Below, one piece after another: positions 21,307-32,700 of a stretch of DNA of 64,000 nt (positions are counted from its first letter, which is position 1; the number at the start of each line of letters is the position of its first letter). Location: contig CAVVUS010000022.1 of the NCBI GenBank assembly GCA_963751345.1, positions 96,001 through 160,000 on the forward strand. The letters are read 5' to 3'. Below the pieces are notes generated by a model. The model searched no databases and was not told the DNA's origin. It worked only from the letters and a program-made list of their open reading frames with translations. The position numbers and the translations under genes were made by a program. The stretch is from an uncultured Chloroflexia bacterium (GTDB taxonomy: Bacteria > Chloroflexota > Anaerolineae > B4-G1 > SLSP01).

Positions 21307-23833
21307 ACACGCCGGCCATCTTCTCGGATAACCGCGCCAGCAGCGCACCGGCCTCCAGTCGTGCCACGCCTAGGCCGGGCTTCGCCCCCCGGGTCCACTG
21401 GGCAATAAGCAACTCGTTGGGTCCGGTGCGACGCAGCACGCCGTCGGGCAGCCAGAGCCTGCGCTGAGGCTCTTGGGGGTACGCCGCTCGCCCGATCAAC
21501 ATCCCGTTCAGGTATACGTAACACCTGGCGGGGGTCTGCTCCAGCACGAGATAGAGAGGCACCTCAATATCCCGCGGCAGGAAGAGATCGAAGCGACTGT
21601 GATGCCATGTGATGTCCGCGGCTCCCTCCTCGCTGATAAGGGCCCAATCGGCAAATCCGTAGAATCCCTGGACCCGGATCTCTCCTGACAGCCCCGCTCG
21701 CACACACCACCGCGTCACCGGCTCTCCATGGAGGTGACACGAGACGAGGCCATGGGGTTCGGAAGCGGCATCCCAGGGCGTCGCTCTCCCCTGGTTCTCG
21801 ACGAGAATCGACAGGACATTGTGGGGCAACAAGTGTCGCGAGGGCAGCGGCAGTGTCTTGGGTACCGCCGGTCCGAACTCGGGCGCAGAGTTGAGCGAAG
21901 CGATATGGGCACCGTTCAGGAAGAGATCACAGGCATGACGACACGCCAGCGTCACAGCCACGGGCGCGCCCCCGAAATGAGCCCGATACCATACGAAGCC
22001 ATAGTCAATGCCCTGGCGCTCCATAGCAGGCGCCTCACCAGGTACCATCGTTCGCCAGTCCTGATCGTCATAGTCGGGCAGGGCCTCCGGCGCTCCGGGT
22101 CGTGAAGCCCAGGTGAGCACGGGCACGGTGACCGGCTCAGGCGCTGGCCACGTAATGGGTGCCAGCCAAGTATGTGGGTCGCTACCACGCCAGGGCCCCC
22201 AGCGGTACCCGAACCCTCTGCGCGCTGCAAGGAACCGATACGAGCCATCCCGCTGGGGCAACACGAAGTCGGGGCCGATGACGACGCCACGCGCCGGCTC
22301 ATCGGCCGTCGTAGCCCAGGATGCCGGGTAGGCCGGCGTCTTGCGCCACGTGTCATCCATCGGCCATGTACGTGCCGAAAGATGCGGATCGAGGGCCAGC
22401 AACTGCAGGGTAGCCTGCTCACCGTCCAGCACGACCGACCCAAGCCTGCCTGGATCGAAGTGGACCAGAAGCCCGCCCTCCAGCCGCTCGACGTAAGCAC
22501 CTCCTCGGCGGTGTCGCGGGCGGAAGTCCGGCGGCAGGAGTACCTCGCCGCCTTCGTCGTTTTGGAGCACGAGCAACTCCCGTCCGGCCACGATAGTGTG
22601 CAGTATGGGCTCGAGGCTCGTGCCGATCAGGCGGCTGTCAGCAGCCGGCGGCTACGGCAACCGCCAGTTAAGAGGTATGACCACGGCCGAGCCCGCGCCG
22701 ACGGCAATATCCTCCACGACGACCGCGTCATCACCGGCGCCCAGCGACACAGCGACAAACGCCCCACCGTGACCACCCGCGAGGAACACGACCGCCCCGT
22801 CAGGGCCGCTGCGCGCGCCAATCAGATGTTCCGCAGGTGTAGCGTGCACATCGTAGGCAGGGCCGGAGTCGGCGAGGACGTCGCCCATCGTCTCAAGGGA
22901 CAGCGCGACACGGCGGGCGCCGTAGTAGGCCTCCCCCAGCGCCCCGCCCTCCCCGACGAGGGTGCCGGCAACCGGAGTCGCAAGCGGGCCGGCGGTGCCC
23001 CACCATCCCCACCGGGTACCGGTGTGCGCTGGCGTAAGCGCGGAGGCCGCCATTCCGTGGGCGAACGGCGTCGTGATCGACAGCCGTAGGTCCGCTTTGC
23101 GGGTGCCGTCAGGGGTCTGTGTCTGTTGGACGCTTGCCCCGAGTGAATCGCCGGTCACGTCCACCAGCGCGAGCCCGCGGACGTCGAGAATGGCGTCACC
23201 AGCCGGATCTACCACCAGCGGTAGCAGGTCTTCGCCCCAGGCCAGGTCGGCCGCTTCGGGCACGACACAGGGCACGCCTATGCCTCTCTCACGAAGAAGG
23301 CCCAGGAGCGGCCCCATCCAGGGAGTTAATGATCGTCCGTTGGTGCAGATGCCAGGATCCACGATCGTAGCGATGAGATTCGGGCGATTCCGCAGGAGCG
23401 GGAGTAGCCGGTCCCACCAATCACTGAGATGTCGTACAAGCGCCGGCGGAAGCTCGTCGGATAGACGAGTCCCGCACACCCCCTGCATGCTCGGTAAACG
23501 ATGGATCCAGGCCGGAATCCCCCCGCCATCGAGAGCCGCTCCAATCCAGGGACCGACGTGCGGTATGAGCCAAAGCCCGGCCTCCTCGACCTCGTCGAAG
23601 AGATGCGGGAGGTCGCGTGGGCCGGTGAAGTCATGGAAACCCACGTCCGGGCTGTGGTAGGCCCAGGGGATGGGGATCACGATGGCGTTGAACCCCGCCA
23701 TACGGACGCGATCCAACATGGGACGCCACAGATCGGGATGGGGAAGACGGAAGTAGTCGAGGACGCCCGCCTGAATCAGCGCGGGCTTACCGTCGATGCT
23801 GATGGCCTCAGGCGTGACGATGACGTTTGGCAA
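21305..23833 (-). CDS. GH35 beta-galactosidase-like protein, catalytically degenerate (frameshift near 22600-22660)
   Basis: IDGKP..LDYFRLP..W...L...RMAGFNA..IPWAYH..DFTG.RDL..GPWI..GGIPAW; C-terminal jelly-roll motifs GFVWYRAHF, LVENQG, VYLNG.LIGR. Confidence 0.78.
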
Positions 23834-23846
23834 GGGCCACAGCCGA

Positions 23847-24759
23847 TCAAGCTTCAGAGAGCGCTACCGCGATCTTTGCGGCAACCCGCGCATTCTGCAC
23901 CAGGAGGCTCTCGTTCGCCCGTTTGGTACGCGCTTCGCTGAGCTCAACCATCCGGGCGAGGATGAAGGGGGTCAGCGCCTTTCCCGTCACACCCGTGGCC
24001 TCTGCCTCAGCCACAGCCCGCTCAATCATGGGCTCCACAACATCCGCAGGCACCTCATCTTCAGCCGGGACCGGAACTGCGACGAGCAAAGCCTGCGGCA
24101 GGCCGAGTGATCTCTGTGACCGGAAGATCTCGGCCACATCCCCCGGGCCGCCCACCATCAGATCCACGGCAAGGCCCGACCTGCGGCTGTAGAACGCCGG
24201 AAACTCCTCGGTCCGCCACCCGATCACGGGCACGCCCCACGTCTCCAGGGTCTCCAGCGTGCGTGGCAGGTCCAGGATCGACTTGGCCCCGGCGCATACC
24301 ACCACGATAGGAGTTGACGCGAGGACCGGCAGATCCGCGGAGACATCCTCGGGATGGCCACGGTGTACCCCACCGATACCCCCGGTGGCAAAAACACGGA
24401 TTCCGGCCATCCGGGCCAGATGGGCAGTTGCCGCCACCGTCGTCCCTCCGTGAATGCCGCGCAGTTTGGCCAGGGGCAGATCGCGAATGCTCACCTTGAC
24501 GGCCGCGTGGCCGCCGGCCAATGCATCGATCTGGCATATCGTTCAGCCCAATGTGAGGAGCTCCCTCCCAGATACCAATCGTCGCCGGGCAGGCATTCTG
24601 GGCTCGGATCGCCCCTGTCATAGCCTGGGTGACGGCTACGTTAGCCGGGTAGGCAAACCCGTGGGTGATGAGAGCAGATTCGAGGGCGACCACCGGTCGG
24701 CCCTGCGCAATCGCGTTACTCACCTCTCGGCTGAACGTCAAGACATCGCTCTTGACCAC
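23847..24759 (-). CDS. psuG: Pseudouridine-5'-phosphate glycosidase (frameshift near 24530)
   Basis: PVVALES..THG..YP.N; GTTVAAT; FATGGIGGVHRG; DVSADL; GAKSILD; GKALTPF. Confidence 0.93.
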
Positions 24760-25948
24760 TCAGGTCACCAGCAGCGATTCGGCAAGCGCCGCGTATGACT
24801 GGGCGGCTGCATAGACTTGTTTGAGATCTACGTATTCGTTGCCGCAGTGGGCAATGGAGGGATCGCCGGGGCCAAAGCCCACGGTCGGGATGCCGGCCAC
24901 GGCTGCCGTGTAGGCTCCCTCGGTGGCAAAGGACCACCGTGTGATGCCGGGCCGCAGGCCTGCATTGCGGGCGGCCTGCAGCATTGCCTGCACGAGCGGA
25001 TGGCGCTCGTCCAGCGCCCAAGGCAGCGATACACGACGTGCCCAGAGCACCTGCCCGGTATGGGTCGTGACCTCGTGCTCGATCACGTGCACCTCGGCAT
25101 CGATCCCCTCACGGGCGATCACGCGCTGAATCTCCAGCAGAGCCATTTCCTCCGTCTCACCAACGGTCAGTCTCCGGTCCAGGAACATATCACAGCGATC
25201 CGGAATCGCATTCCGGCTGGCGCTGTGTGACGTGATCTCCGTCACCGCAAGCACGCCGGGGCCCAGAAAAGGATCATTCATAAGCTGACCGGCCAGCATC
25301 TCGAGGCCAAAGAGGACCCGCGCCCCGGCATATATGGCGTTCACGCCCAACTCCGGCGTCGACGAGTGTGCGGACTTGCCCTTGACGGTCAACATCATCT
25401 CCAGATGTCCCCGTTGTGCCCGGACGACCTGTAGATTCGAGGGTTCCGCGATGATCACCCAATCAGGGCAGAGCCCATTGCCCTCCAGCAGGGCCCGCGT
25501 GCACGTGCCCTCCGAGGGCTCCTCAAGCCCAACACACGCGACCAGGACGGAACCCGAGAGCAGGTCCCGTCGCCCGGCAAGCTGAGCAGCGCCGTAGACG
25601 GTCGCCGCCAATCCGCCTTTCATATCACACGCACCCAACCCGTACAGCCGATCGCCTTCTACCACCGCCCCGTAGGGATCGACCTTCCATGTACTGGGGG
25701 TCCGCGACCTCTACCGTGTCCATGTGGCTGTCAAACATCAGCGCCGGCCCTCGCGCCGGGCCGATGCGGCCCACCACATTGCCCGCCTCGTCGACGTGCA
25801 CTTCGTCGTAGCCGAGCCGACGCATCTCGTCGACGATCAGTGCGGCTACGGAGCCTTCGCGTCCCGAAGGGCTGGAGGTTCGCACCAAAGCCTGTAAGAA
25901 TCTGAGGAGCGATTGACGGCCCTCACTTGATAACTCCCACCGAGGCAT
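24760..25948 (-). CDS. M20 metallohydrolase, YgeY-like (frameshift near 25690)
   Basis: FDSHMDTV, GLGACDMKGG, LEEPSEG, AEPSNL..RAQRG, SAHSSTPELGVNAI, WSFAT, GFGPG..AH. Confidence 0.85.
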
Positions 25949-25996
25949 AGATCTCTCCGGAATCGTACACTAGAGGCCCAATGGAGCGGCGCCGCG

Positions 25997-27418
25997 TCAA
26001 TAGGCGCCGTCGCGGGCCAGAACCTGGGGTATAGTTCGCACCAAGATGCTCAAGTCCAACCATGGGGACCAATGCTCAATGTAGTATAGGTCCAGCAGCA
26101 CCATCTCGTCAAACGACAGTTCGCTGCGACCACTCACCTGCCATAGTCCGGTCATACCGGGAGGCACGGTCAAGCGCTGCTCGTGCCATGGCTGGTATTG
26201 CGCCACTTCATCGGGAATAGGTGGACGTGGCCCGACCAGACTCATTTCACCCCGCAGAACATTGATTACCTGGGGCAACTCATCTATGCTGGTCTGGCGC
26301 AAGAACCGCCCCACCCTGGTGACCCTTGGATCGTCGCGCATCTTGAAAAGAGGGCCATCCGCCTCATTGTGCTCCAGCAACTCTCCCAACTGCAACTCGG
26401 CCCCTACCCGCATCGTGCGGAACTTGTAAATGCCGAAATGCTCGCCGTTCTCGCCGACGCGCTCCTGTATGAACAATACGGGGCCGGACGAATCCAGCTT
26501 GATGGCGATAGAGATGAACAAGAATAGAGGCCACCCGACGATCAGCAGGAGAATGGCTCCGACCAAGTCGAGGACCCGCTTGAACGCTAATTCCACGTGA
26601 CTGAATGCGATTTCCTTTATTTCGATCAGGGGTAGACCTCCGAGATCCCCCACTTCTACGCGGCTCAGGCTCAGTTGGAAGAGGTCCGGCACAAGGCGAG
26701 CCTTGACGTCACGCCGAGCACACGTTCGAAGAACGCTGAGGATTCTGCGATGATAGTTCCACGGAAGCGTGATAATCACCTCATCGACCTCGTGCTCGTC
26801 GATAAGGTGCGAGAGATTGTCGACCGAGCCAAACCCACAGAAACGCCCAATCTTGCCCTCACCTTTGTCGGGGTTATCATCGACGTAACCCACGATATCG
26901 TAACCCAGGTCGCGTCGCGCCACGACCGTGCGCATAACGCGTCGCCCGACCTCACCTGCACCGACAATGACCACACGTTTGACGCCAATGCCTCGTCTGC
27001 GTAGATGAGCCTGGATCGCCATCGCGATCGAGCGATCCAGCGATATGAGCATAACCATGAACACGCCGCTCTCGAAGAGCAGAAGTCGTGAGTATACCAG
27101 GGGCCGAACTACAAACGACCAGGCAAGAGCGGCAACCAGCGTGATGACGACAGCGTTGATGATCTCGAAGACGTGCTCGAGCCATACCTGCCCACGCCAG
27201 TTCTTATATGACTTACTGACCCACAGCACCAAGGGCACCCCAAACGAGAAGAGCAGGTTGAAGGGCAAATATGCGCGATAGGGCGCGTCAAAAGCGACAT
27301 CAAGAAACCACTGTAGGCGATAGCGCAACAGATAGGCCAATGGCATGGCCAGGTTGATCATGGCCACATCCAGAAGGATGACCCACCAGGGAGCATAGTC
27401 ACGCCGGTTGGGGGTCAC
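25997..27418 (-). CDS. Polyprenyl-phosphate glycosylphosphotransferase (WcaJ/CpsE-like)
   Basis: KRVLD, KFRTM, DDPRVTRVGRFLR.TSIDELPQ, MSLVGPRP, PGMTGLWQVSGR; N-terminal TMs. Confidence 0.93.
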   Translation of the reverse strand: MTPNRRDYAPWWVILLDVAMINLAMPLAYLLRYRLQWFLDVAFDAPYRAYLPFNLLFSFGVPLVLWVSKSYKNWRGQVWLEHVFEIINAVVITLVAALAWSFVVRPLVYSRLLLFESGVFMVMLISLDRSIAMAIQAHLRRRGIGVKRVVIVGAGEVGRRVMRTVVARRDLGYDIVGYVDDNPDKGEGKIGRFCGFGSVDNLSHLIDEHEVDEVIITLPWNYHRRILSVLRTCARRDVKARLVPDLFQLSLSRVEVGDLGGLPLIEIKEIAFSHVELAFKRVLDLVGAILLLIVGWPLFLFISIAIKLDSSGPVLFIQERVGENGEHFGIYKFRTMRVGAELQLGELLEHNEADGPLFKMRDDPRVTRVGRFLRQTSIDELPQVINVLRGEMSLVGPRPPIPDEVAQYQPWHEQRLTVPPGMTGLWQVSGRSELSFDEMVLLDLYYIEHWSPWLDLSILVRTIPQVLARDGAY

Positions 27419-28560
27419 GCCGACCGTCCCCTATGGATGGCCCACCGGTAGACATCCAGCGTCTTGCGTGCCGCGGCGTCCCAGGAGAAACCTGCCGCCC
27501 GTGCGAGCCCGCGCGCGCGCAACTCGTGTCGCAGGCCCTCGTCGGTGAGGAGCGATTGCAGCGCCTCTGCAATCGCCGCCTCGTCCTCGGCAGGTGCGGT
27601 CACAACCGCATCCCCTCCCACTTCAGGGAGTGAGGTTGAGGCTGACGTGATCGTAGGAGTGCCGCAGGCCAACGCCTCCAGCACCGGCATGCCGAATCCC
27701 TCGTAGATAGACACATAGGCAAAAACGCGGGCGGCATTATACCAGAGGACTTGCTCGTCGGCAGAAACGAATCCGGGAAAGTGAACACGATCGGAGAGCC
27801 CAAGACGTTCCACCTCAGCCAATATCTCTTCGTAGAACCATCCCTGTCCACCCGCGAGGACCAGATGGAGCTCCGGGTCGTTCTGCCGGCCAAAGGCACG
27901 GATCAAGCGGATCAGGTTCTTGCGGGGTTCCAGCGTCCCGAGGAAGAGCACAAAGCGGTCGGGCAGACTGCGCCGGCTGCGGAACTCCGCGACCTGCGCC
28001 TCCGGTAGAGGGCGGAAACGCGCGGCCACGCCGTGATAGACGCGAAACACACGTTCTTCGGGAACCTTCAGCAACTTGACCACCTCTCGTGCCGTGAAGT
28101 CTGAGACGGCGATCACCGCCCCGGCGCGGCGACAGGCGGGACCGGTCAACGAACTCAGGTAGAGTCGGTTGCCGGCCCTGAAGAACTCTGGATAGCGCAG
28201 GAAACTGAGGTCATGGATTGTGATGACCTGTGGGCAAGGGGCAAGGAGCGGCCCCACAAAAGCCGGGGCATGCAGCAAGGACGCCCCCAACCTACGCGCT
28301 AAGATGGGAAGCACAGTCTGCTCCCAGGCGATCCGTCGCCAGGGCGAGGAGGTGGACGGCCCCGTATGCGTCACCGGCAGCTCCACACCTTCCGGTGCAA
28401 CCCCATGCCCCAGGAAGACCTGAAAACGCAGCTCGCGATCGTCCGGTGCATAACGCTGCAGCAGATTGAGTATATAGACGGATATCCCTGCACTTCGGTA
28501 GGAAGCGTCGCCTGAAAGCAGGTGAGCGTTGAATGCGACCAGAGGGTTCTGTGAGCTCAT
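27415..28560 (-). CDS. GT4 glycosyltransferase
   Basis: TIHDL, GTLEPRKN, YEGFGMPVLEALACG. Confidence 0.93.
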   Translation of the reverse strand: MSSQNPLVAFNAHLLSGDASYRSAGISVYILNLLQRYAPDDRELRFQVFLGHGVAPEGVELPVTHTGPSTSSPWRRIAWEQTVLPILARRLGASLLHAPAFVGPLLAPCPQVITIHDLSFLRYPEFFRAGNRLYLSSLTGPACRRAGAVIAVSDFTAREVVKLLKVPEERVFRVYHGVAARFRPLPEAQVAEFRSRRSLPDRFVLFLGTLEPRKNLIRLIRAFGRQNDPELHLVLAGGQGWFYEEILAEVERLGLSDRVHFPGFVSADEQVLWYNAARVFAYVSIYEGFGMPVLEALACGTPTITSASTSLPEVGGDAVVTAPAEDEAAIAEALQSLLTDEGLRHELRARGLARAAGFSWDAAARKTLDVYRWAIHRGRSA

Positions 28561-28569
28561 TCCTTATGC

Positions 28570-28646
28570 ATTATAGCGAGCTTCCTTGGCCTGACAAAAA
28601 CCTTCCAATAACGATAGCTTGTCTGCCGACCAGAGTCAGCTAGAAT
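28570..28646. promoter_or_regulatory. Divergent sigma70-type promoters
   Basis: Minus strand TTGTCA-16-TATAAT (28597-28570); plus strand TTGTCT-16-TAGAAT (28619-28646). Confidence 0.55.
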
Positions 28647-28680
28647 AAAACGATCGAATGAGACAATCGTTGGAAAGCGG

Positions 28681-28983
28681 ATGCAGGGATCAACTTCTCC
28701 GAGCACACATCATAAGGCCGTCCACCTGATTGTGGAGGGGCTTGTTCAGGGCGTAGGATTCAGGTACTTCGCTCAGGCGAGTGCCCGACGCACGGGTGTT
28801 GCCGGCTGGGTACGCAACCGAGAGGACGGCACCGTCGAGATCAGTGCAGAAGGTACCGAAGACCGGCTCAAGCAGTTTATTCAGGCCATCCGCCGCGGTC
28901 CATCCCACAGCATGGTCACAAAAGTCGATGTGACCTGGGAAACGGCGACTGGCGCCTCCCGTAGTTTCCATATACGATACTGA
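28681..28983 (+). CDS. acyP: Acylphosphatase
   Basis: GLVQGVGFRY, GWVRNREDGTVE. Confidence 0.93.
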   Translation: MQGSTSPSTHHKAVHLIVEGLVQGVGFRYFAQASARRTGVAGWVRNREDGTVEISAEGTEDRLKQFIQAIRRGPSHSMVTKVDVTWETATGASRSFHIRY

Positions 28984-28986
28984 TCA

Positions 28987-30240
28987 ATGCTGAAGAAAAC
29001 GGAGAGCCTTGCCTGGCTCGTCCTCGTCCTTTCCTTTTTTATGTGCGTTACTCTGGCGCTTGGCGTGCCGCTGGCGACGCGGCGTTACGTGCTTACCGGC
29101 GTCCGCCCCCTCGAGATCGTGCTCCAACGACGCCAGGGAACCGTCACGCTTCAGGATCCGGGCAGCAGCTCCAGCCTCGTGGTAGAATCGTCCGTGGAAG
29201 TCACGCCACGGAGCCGAATCCAGGGCGACAGCGACGCAGACGCGCTCTTGCTCTTCTATCACCCAGACCAACTTGACTCGCCGGTCGCCACGATACAGTT
29301 GTACGGCAAGACGGATCTCACCGTGAGCAGCGCCCGAACCCCACGCTTTGCGGCAAGTTCGCTGCCCCACCGGATCCACATCCTGGTCACACAAGCGCTC
29401 AACATGCACCCCTCGGTCTTCGGTAACGGTCGGGACACGGAGTTGATTGTCGAGACGCCCCAGGGGTCCGTGCGCCTGGAAGAGGGTGCGTTCCGCCTCG
29501 AGGTCGAGCAGCGGCAGACGGCGCTCATCGTGAATGCGGGACGGGCCGCCGTAACAGATCCCTCAACGGGGGAGACGCTGGTCCTGGTCCCCCTCCAACG
29601 TACGGAGATCACAGCAGATGGCGTGGGCGATATCTACGTCGGGGCCCGCGACCTACTCAGCAACCGGAACGGCAACTTTGAGGCACCATTGGCGGATACC
29701 TGGACGGTCTATCGCGATTGGTTCGACGCGAACGAGGACGGTGGCTCCGTACTCCAAGCGCAGTTGGGCGACGAGGAGCGCATCGTCACCTTCGAGCGCG
29801 CCGGGGTGAGCCACGCTGAGACAGGGATCCGGCAGGAGATCAATCAGGATATCCGCGAGGCCAAATCTTTGCGAATTCGGGCGCGCGTTCGGATCAGTAC
29901 CCAGACGCTACCCGTGTGCGGCTCGGTAGGCACGGAGTGTCCCATTATGATCCGCATCTACTACGTGGATCAGGAGAGCGGAAGTGTCCGCGAATGGCTG
30001 CAGGGCTTCTACTTCATGGAGGGCGACAACGAGCCGTTCTGCCAGATCTGCCGCGACTGGAAGCCTGAACAGATCCAGGTCCCGCAGGACGTGTGGTACG
30101 ACTACGAGTCCCCCGATCTGCTGCCTCTACTGCGGGCCCAACAGACGGTTCCTGCCGCGATCCAGTCCATCGAGATCTATGCCTCAGGCTGGACGTACGG
30201 TTCGTCGATCGACGACATCGCGATCCTGGTTGGCGATTGA
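28987..30240 (+). CDS. Membrane-anchored FecR-like beta-domain protein with C-terminal carbohydrate-binding-like domain
   Basis: N-terminal TM; VETPQG and VNAGRAAV FecR-like strands; NGNFEAPL..W CBM-like start. Confidence 0.6.
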   Translation: MLKKTESLAWLVLVLSFFMCVTLALGVPLATRRYVLTGVRPLEIVLQRRQGTVTLQDPGSSSSLVVESSVEVTPRSRIQGDSDADALLLFYHPDQLDSPVATIQLYGKTDLTVSSARTPRFAASSLPHRIHILVTQALNMHPSVFGNGRDTELIVETPQGSVRLEEGAFRLEVEQRQTALIVNAGRAAVTDPSTGETLVLVPLQRTEITADGVGDIYVGARDLLSNRNGNFEAPLADTWTVYRDWFDANEDGGSVLQAQLGDEERIVTFERAGVSHAETGIRQEINQDIREAKSLRIRARVRISTQTLPVCGSVGTECPIMIRIYYVDQESGSVREWLQGFYFMEGDNEPFCQICRDWKPEQIQVPQDVWYDYESPDLLPLLRAQQTVPAAIQSIEIYASGWTYGSSIDDIAILVGD

Positions 30241-30268
30241 GCACCTCACCCATTGGAGGCATCCGCCG

Positions 30269-31348
30269 ATGAGCAGGCCACACCTTCCACCCCTCTACCC
30301 GATCGGCAAGCTGCCGCAGGCAGACCTGGTCCGGCTTCTGGATCGCGCGCTTCCTCGCCCCGACCCACGCGTCGTCTTTGGGCCTGGACTCGGCAGGGAC
30401 GCAGCCGTGATCGACTTCGGGGACCGCTATCTGGTCACGAAGACAGATCCGATCACCTTTGCGACAGACGAGATCGGCTGGTACGTCGTTCACATCAACG
30501 CTAACGACATTGCGTGCCTCGGCGCGCGGCCCCGCTGGTTTATCGTGACCCTGCTCCTGCCCGAGGGCCAGACCGACCGAGCTCTGGTCGAGACGCTATT
30601 TGACCAGATAACGAAGGCAAGCGAGGCCTTGGACATCAGCGTTGTCGGCGGCCACACCGAGATCACCCACGGTATCGATCGCCCCATCGCCGTGGGTGCG
30701 ATGTTTGGGGAGGTGGCCCCGGACGATCTTGTGCGATCTAACGGCGCTCGGGTAGGCGACGCGCTGATCTTGACCAAGGGCATCGCGGTGGAGGGAACGG
30801 CGATTCTGGCGCGCGAGCTGGGGAACGATCTCAGTGACCGACTCGCCCCGGAGACAATCGTCAAAGCCGCTGCGTTCCTGCACACGCCGGGTCTAAGTGT
30901 GGTAAAGGATGCGATGACGGCCACCTCCGCAGGTGAAGTGCACGCGATGCATGATCCGACGGAGGGCGGCGTCGCTACCGGCATTCACGAACTGACCGCT
31001 GCGGCAGGCCTCGGCGCCATCATCGACGAGCAAGCGCTGCCCTACTTTCCCGAGACCCTGTCCATCTGCGGGGCCCTCGAGCTGGACCCGCTGGGCATCA
31101 TTGCGTCGGGTGCCCTGTTGATGTCCGTGGCAAGCGATACAGCGTCTGCCATCATCGATGCACTCGCAGGGGCCGGCATCGCGGGATACGTCATTGGTGA
31201 AGTGACGAAAGAGCCCGGCGTGACCCTGAGCAACGGGGCGACCAGCCGTCCACTCCCCCAGTTTGCACGGGATGAGATCGCGCGCCTCTTCGAAAGGCGC
31301 GCATATCGAGGGACGAAAGCCTCTCGAACAGGTAACGCCATCACGTGA
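30269..31348 (+). CDS. AIR-synthase-related (PurM/HypE/ThiL superfamily) protein
   Basis: GGAGG RBS; GPGLGRDAAV, KTDPITF, NANDIA, GGHTEIT, AMHDPTEGG. Confidence 0.88.
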   Translation: MSRPHLPPLYPIGKLPQADLVRLLDRALPRPDPRVVFGPGLGRDAAVIDFGDRYLVTKTDPITFATDEIGWYVVHINANDIACLGARPRWFIVTLLLPEGQTDRALVETLFDQITKASEALDISVVGGHTEITHGIDRPIAVGAMFGEVAPDDLVRSNGARVGDALILTKGIAVEGTAILARELGNDLSDRLAPETIVKAAAFLHTPGLSVVKDAMTATSAGEVHAMHDPTEGGVATGIHELTAAAGLGAIIDEQALPYFPETLSICGALELDPLGIIASGALLMSVASDTASAIIDALAGAGIAGYVIGEVTKEPGVTLSNGATSRPLPQFARDEIARLFERRAYRGTKASRTGNAIT

Positions 31349-32536
31349 AACCGTCAGAGCCGCGCTTCGACTTCGACGAGGTGCTCCCGGACCGTGAGGA
31401 TGGCAGCAGCTCGTTGGTCCATCGCGTGTTGGTAGCCACGGGCAGGCTGGGTAGGATTCCCTCCGTAGCCTTGTTGCCCGTGTGGATCGCACTTGTCATC
31501 GCCGCGGGTTGGCCCTGGGCGTCCCTTCGCGTGGCTGCAAGCGCTGCAATTTCGCTGTTGTTGGCGGTGGATTGGGTCATGCTGGCCAATCTGCCCCGAA
31601 CGTCACGGTCCTGGGGGCCTGTCACGCCCTCCTTGCTGGGTCTTGCCCTCGTTCACGGCCTGCTTTTCTGGCTTTCAGGCATGCTGGCAGCCAACCGGCT
31701 CTGCCTGGGCGTCACTATCGGCGTGAATGTCCTCGTGGCGGGCGCAGCCATCTACGCGACCTGGGTCGAACCCTTTCGCCTCCGGCTGACGCGCCAGACC
31801 TACAGCGTAGCGCACTGGACCGGCGGCCGACCGATTCGCGTACTACACCTATCTGATCTTCATTTTGAGGGATGGTCTCTGCGCGAGCAGAAGCTCCTCA
31901 CATTGCTCGCGGATCTGGAGCCTGACCTGCTTCTGCTGACCGGCGACTATCTGAACCTCTCTTCGGTGCACGATCCCCGAGCTCAGCAGGGCGTGCGAGA
32001 GCTTCTCTCCCGGTTCGAGAGCACCGCTCGGCGTGTACGCGGTCACGGGAAGCCCTACGGTGGATGTGGACACCGTGATTCCCGGCATCTTCGAGGGGCT
32101 TCCTATCCGCTTCCTGCAGGATGAGACCGTTACTATCGGCACAGAAGAACAGAAGATCTGCCTGCTGGGGGTGAGAAACACCTACGACGAGGCGCGCGAC
32201 GTGCGGGCCCTGCGTTCACTGGCAGCAACCACATCGCCGAGCGGCCTGCGCATCTTGCTCTACCACACGCCGGATCTGATGCCGGTAGCAGCATCCCTGG
32301 GAATCGACCTCTACCTGTGTGGCCACACCCATGGGGGCCAGATTCGGCTGCCCCTATATGGGGCATTGGCGACAAGCTCGCGCTGGGGCAAGCGCTACGA
32401 GCAGGGGCGGTACCTGGAGCACGAGACGACGCTCTACGTCTCTCGCGGCCTGGGACTTGAGGGGCTTGGCGCACCCCGCGCCCGCTTCCTCGCGCCGCCC
32501 GAGGCCATCCTTTGGGAGCTCCGCCCCGCCGGCTGA
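31345..32536 (+). CDS. Membrane-anchored calcineurin-like metallophosphoesterase (frameshift near 32020)
   Basis: HLSDLH, LTGDY, LYHTPD, CGHTHGGQ, YVSRGLG. Confidence 0.87.
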
Positions 32537-32649
32537 CGGGTCCGCCCACCTTGTGGAGGTTGAGCGGCATACCGCGTGGACAAGGCGCCCTCGCTCCATA
32601 GATCGTCTGCACCAGAACTCGCCGCGCCAACCTTCGCCGGGTCTCACGA

Positions 32650-32677
32650 TTGACGTTAGCTGGTTTTGCGGTAGGAT
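32650..32677 (+). promoter_or_regulatory. Promoter of rnpB
   Basis: TTGACG-16-TAGGAT just upstream of the RNA 5' end. Confidence 0.6.
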
Positions 32678-32700
32678 AGCAGTAGACACGTCGTTTTGAA

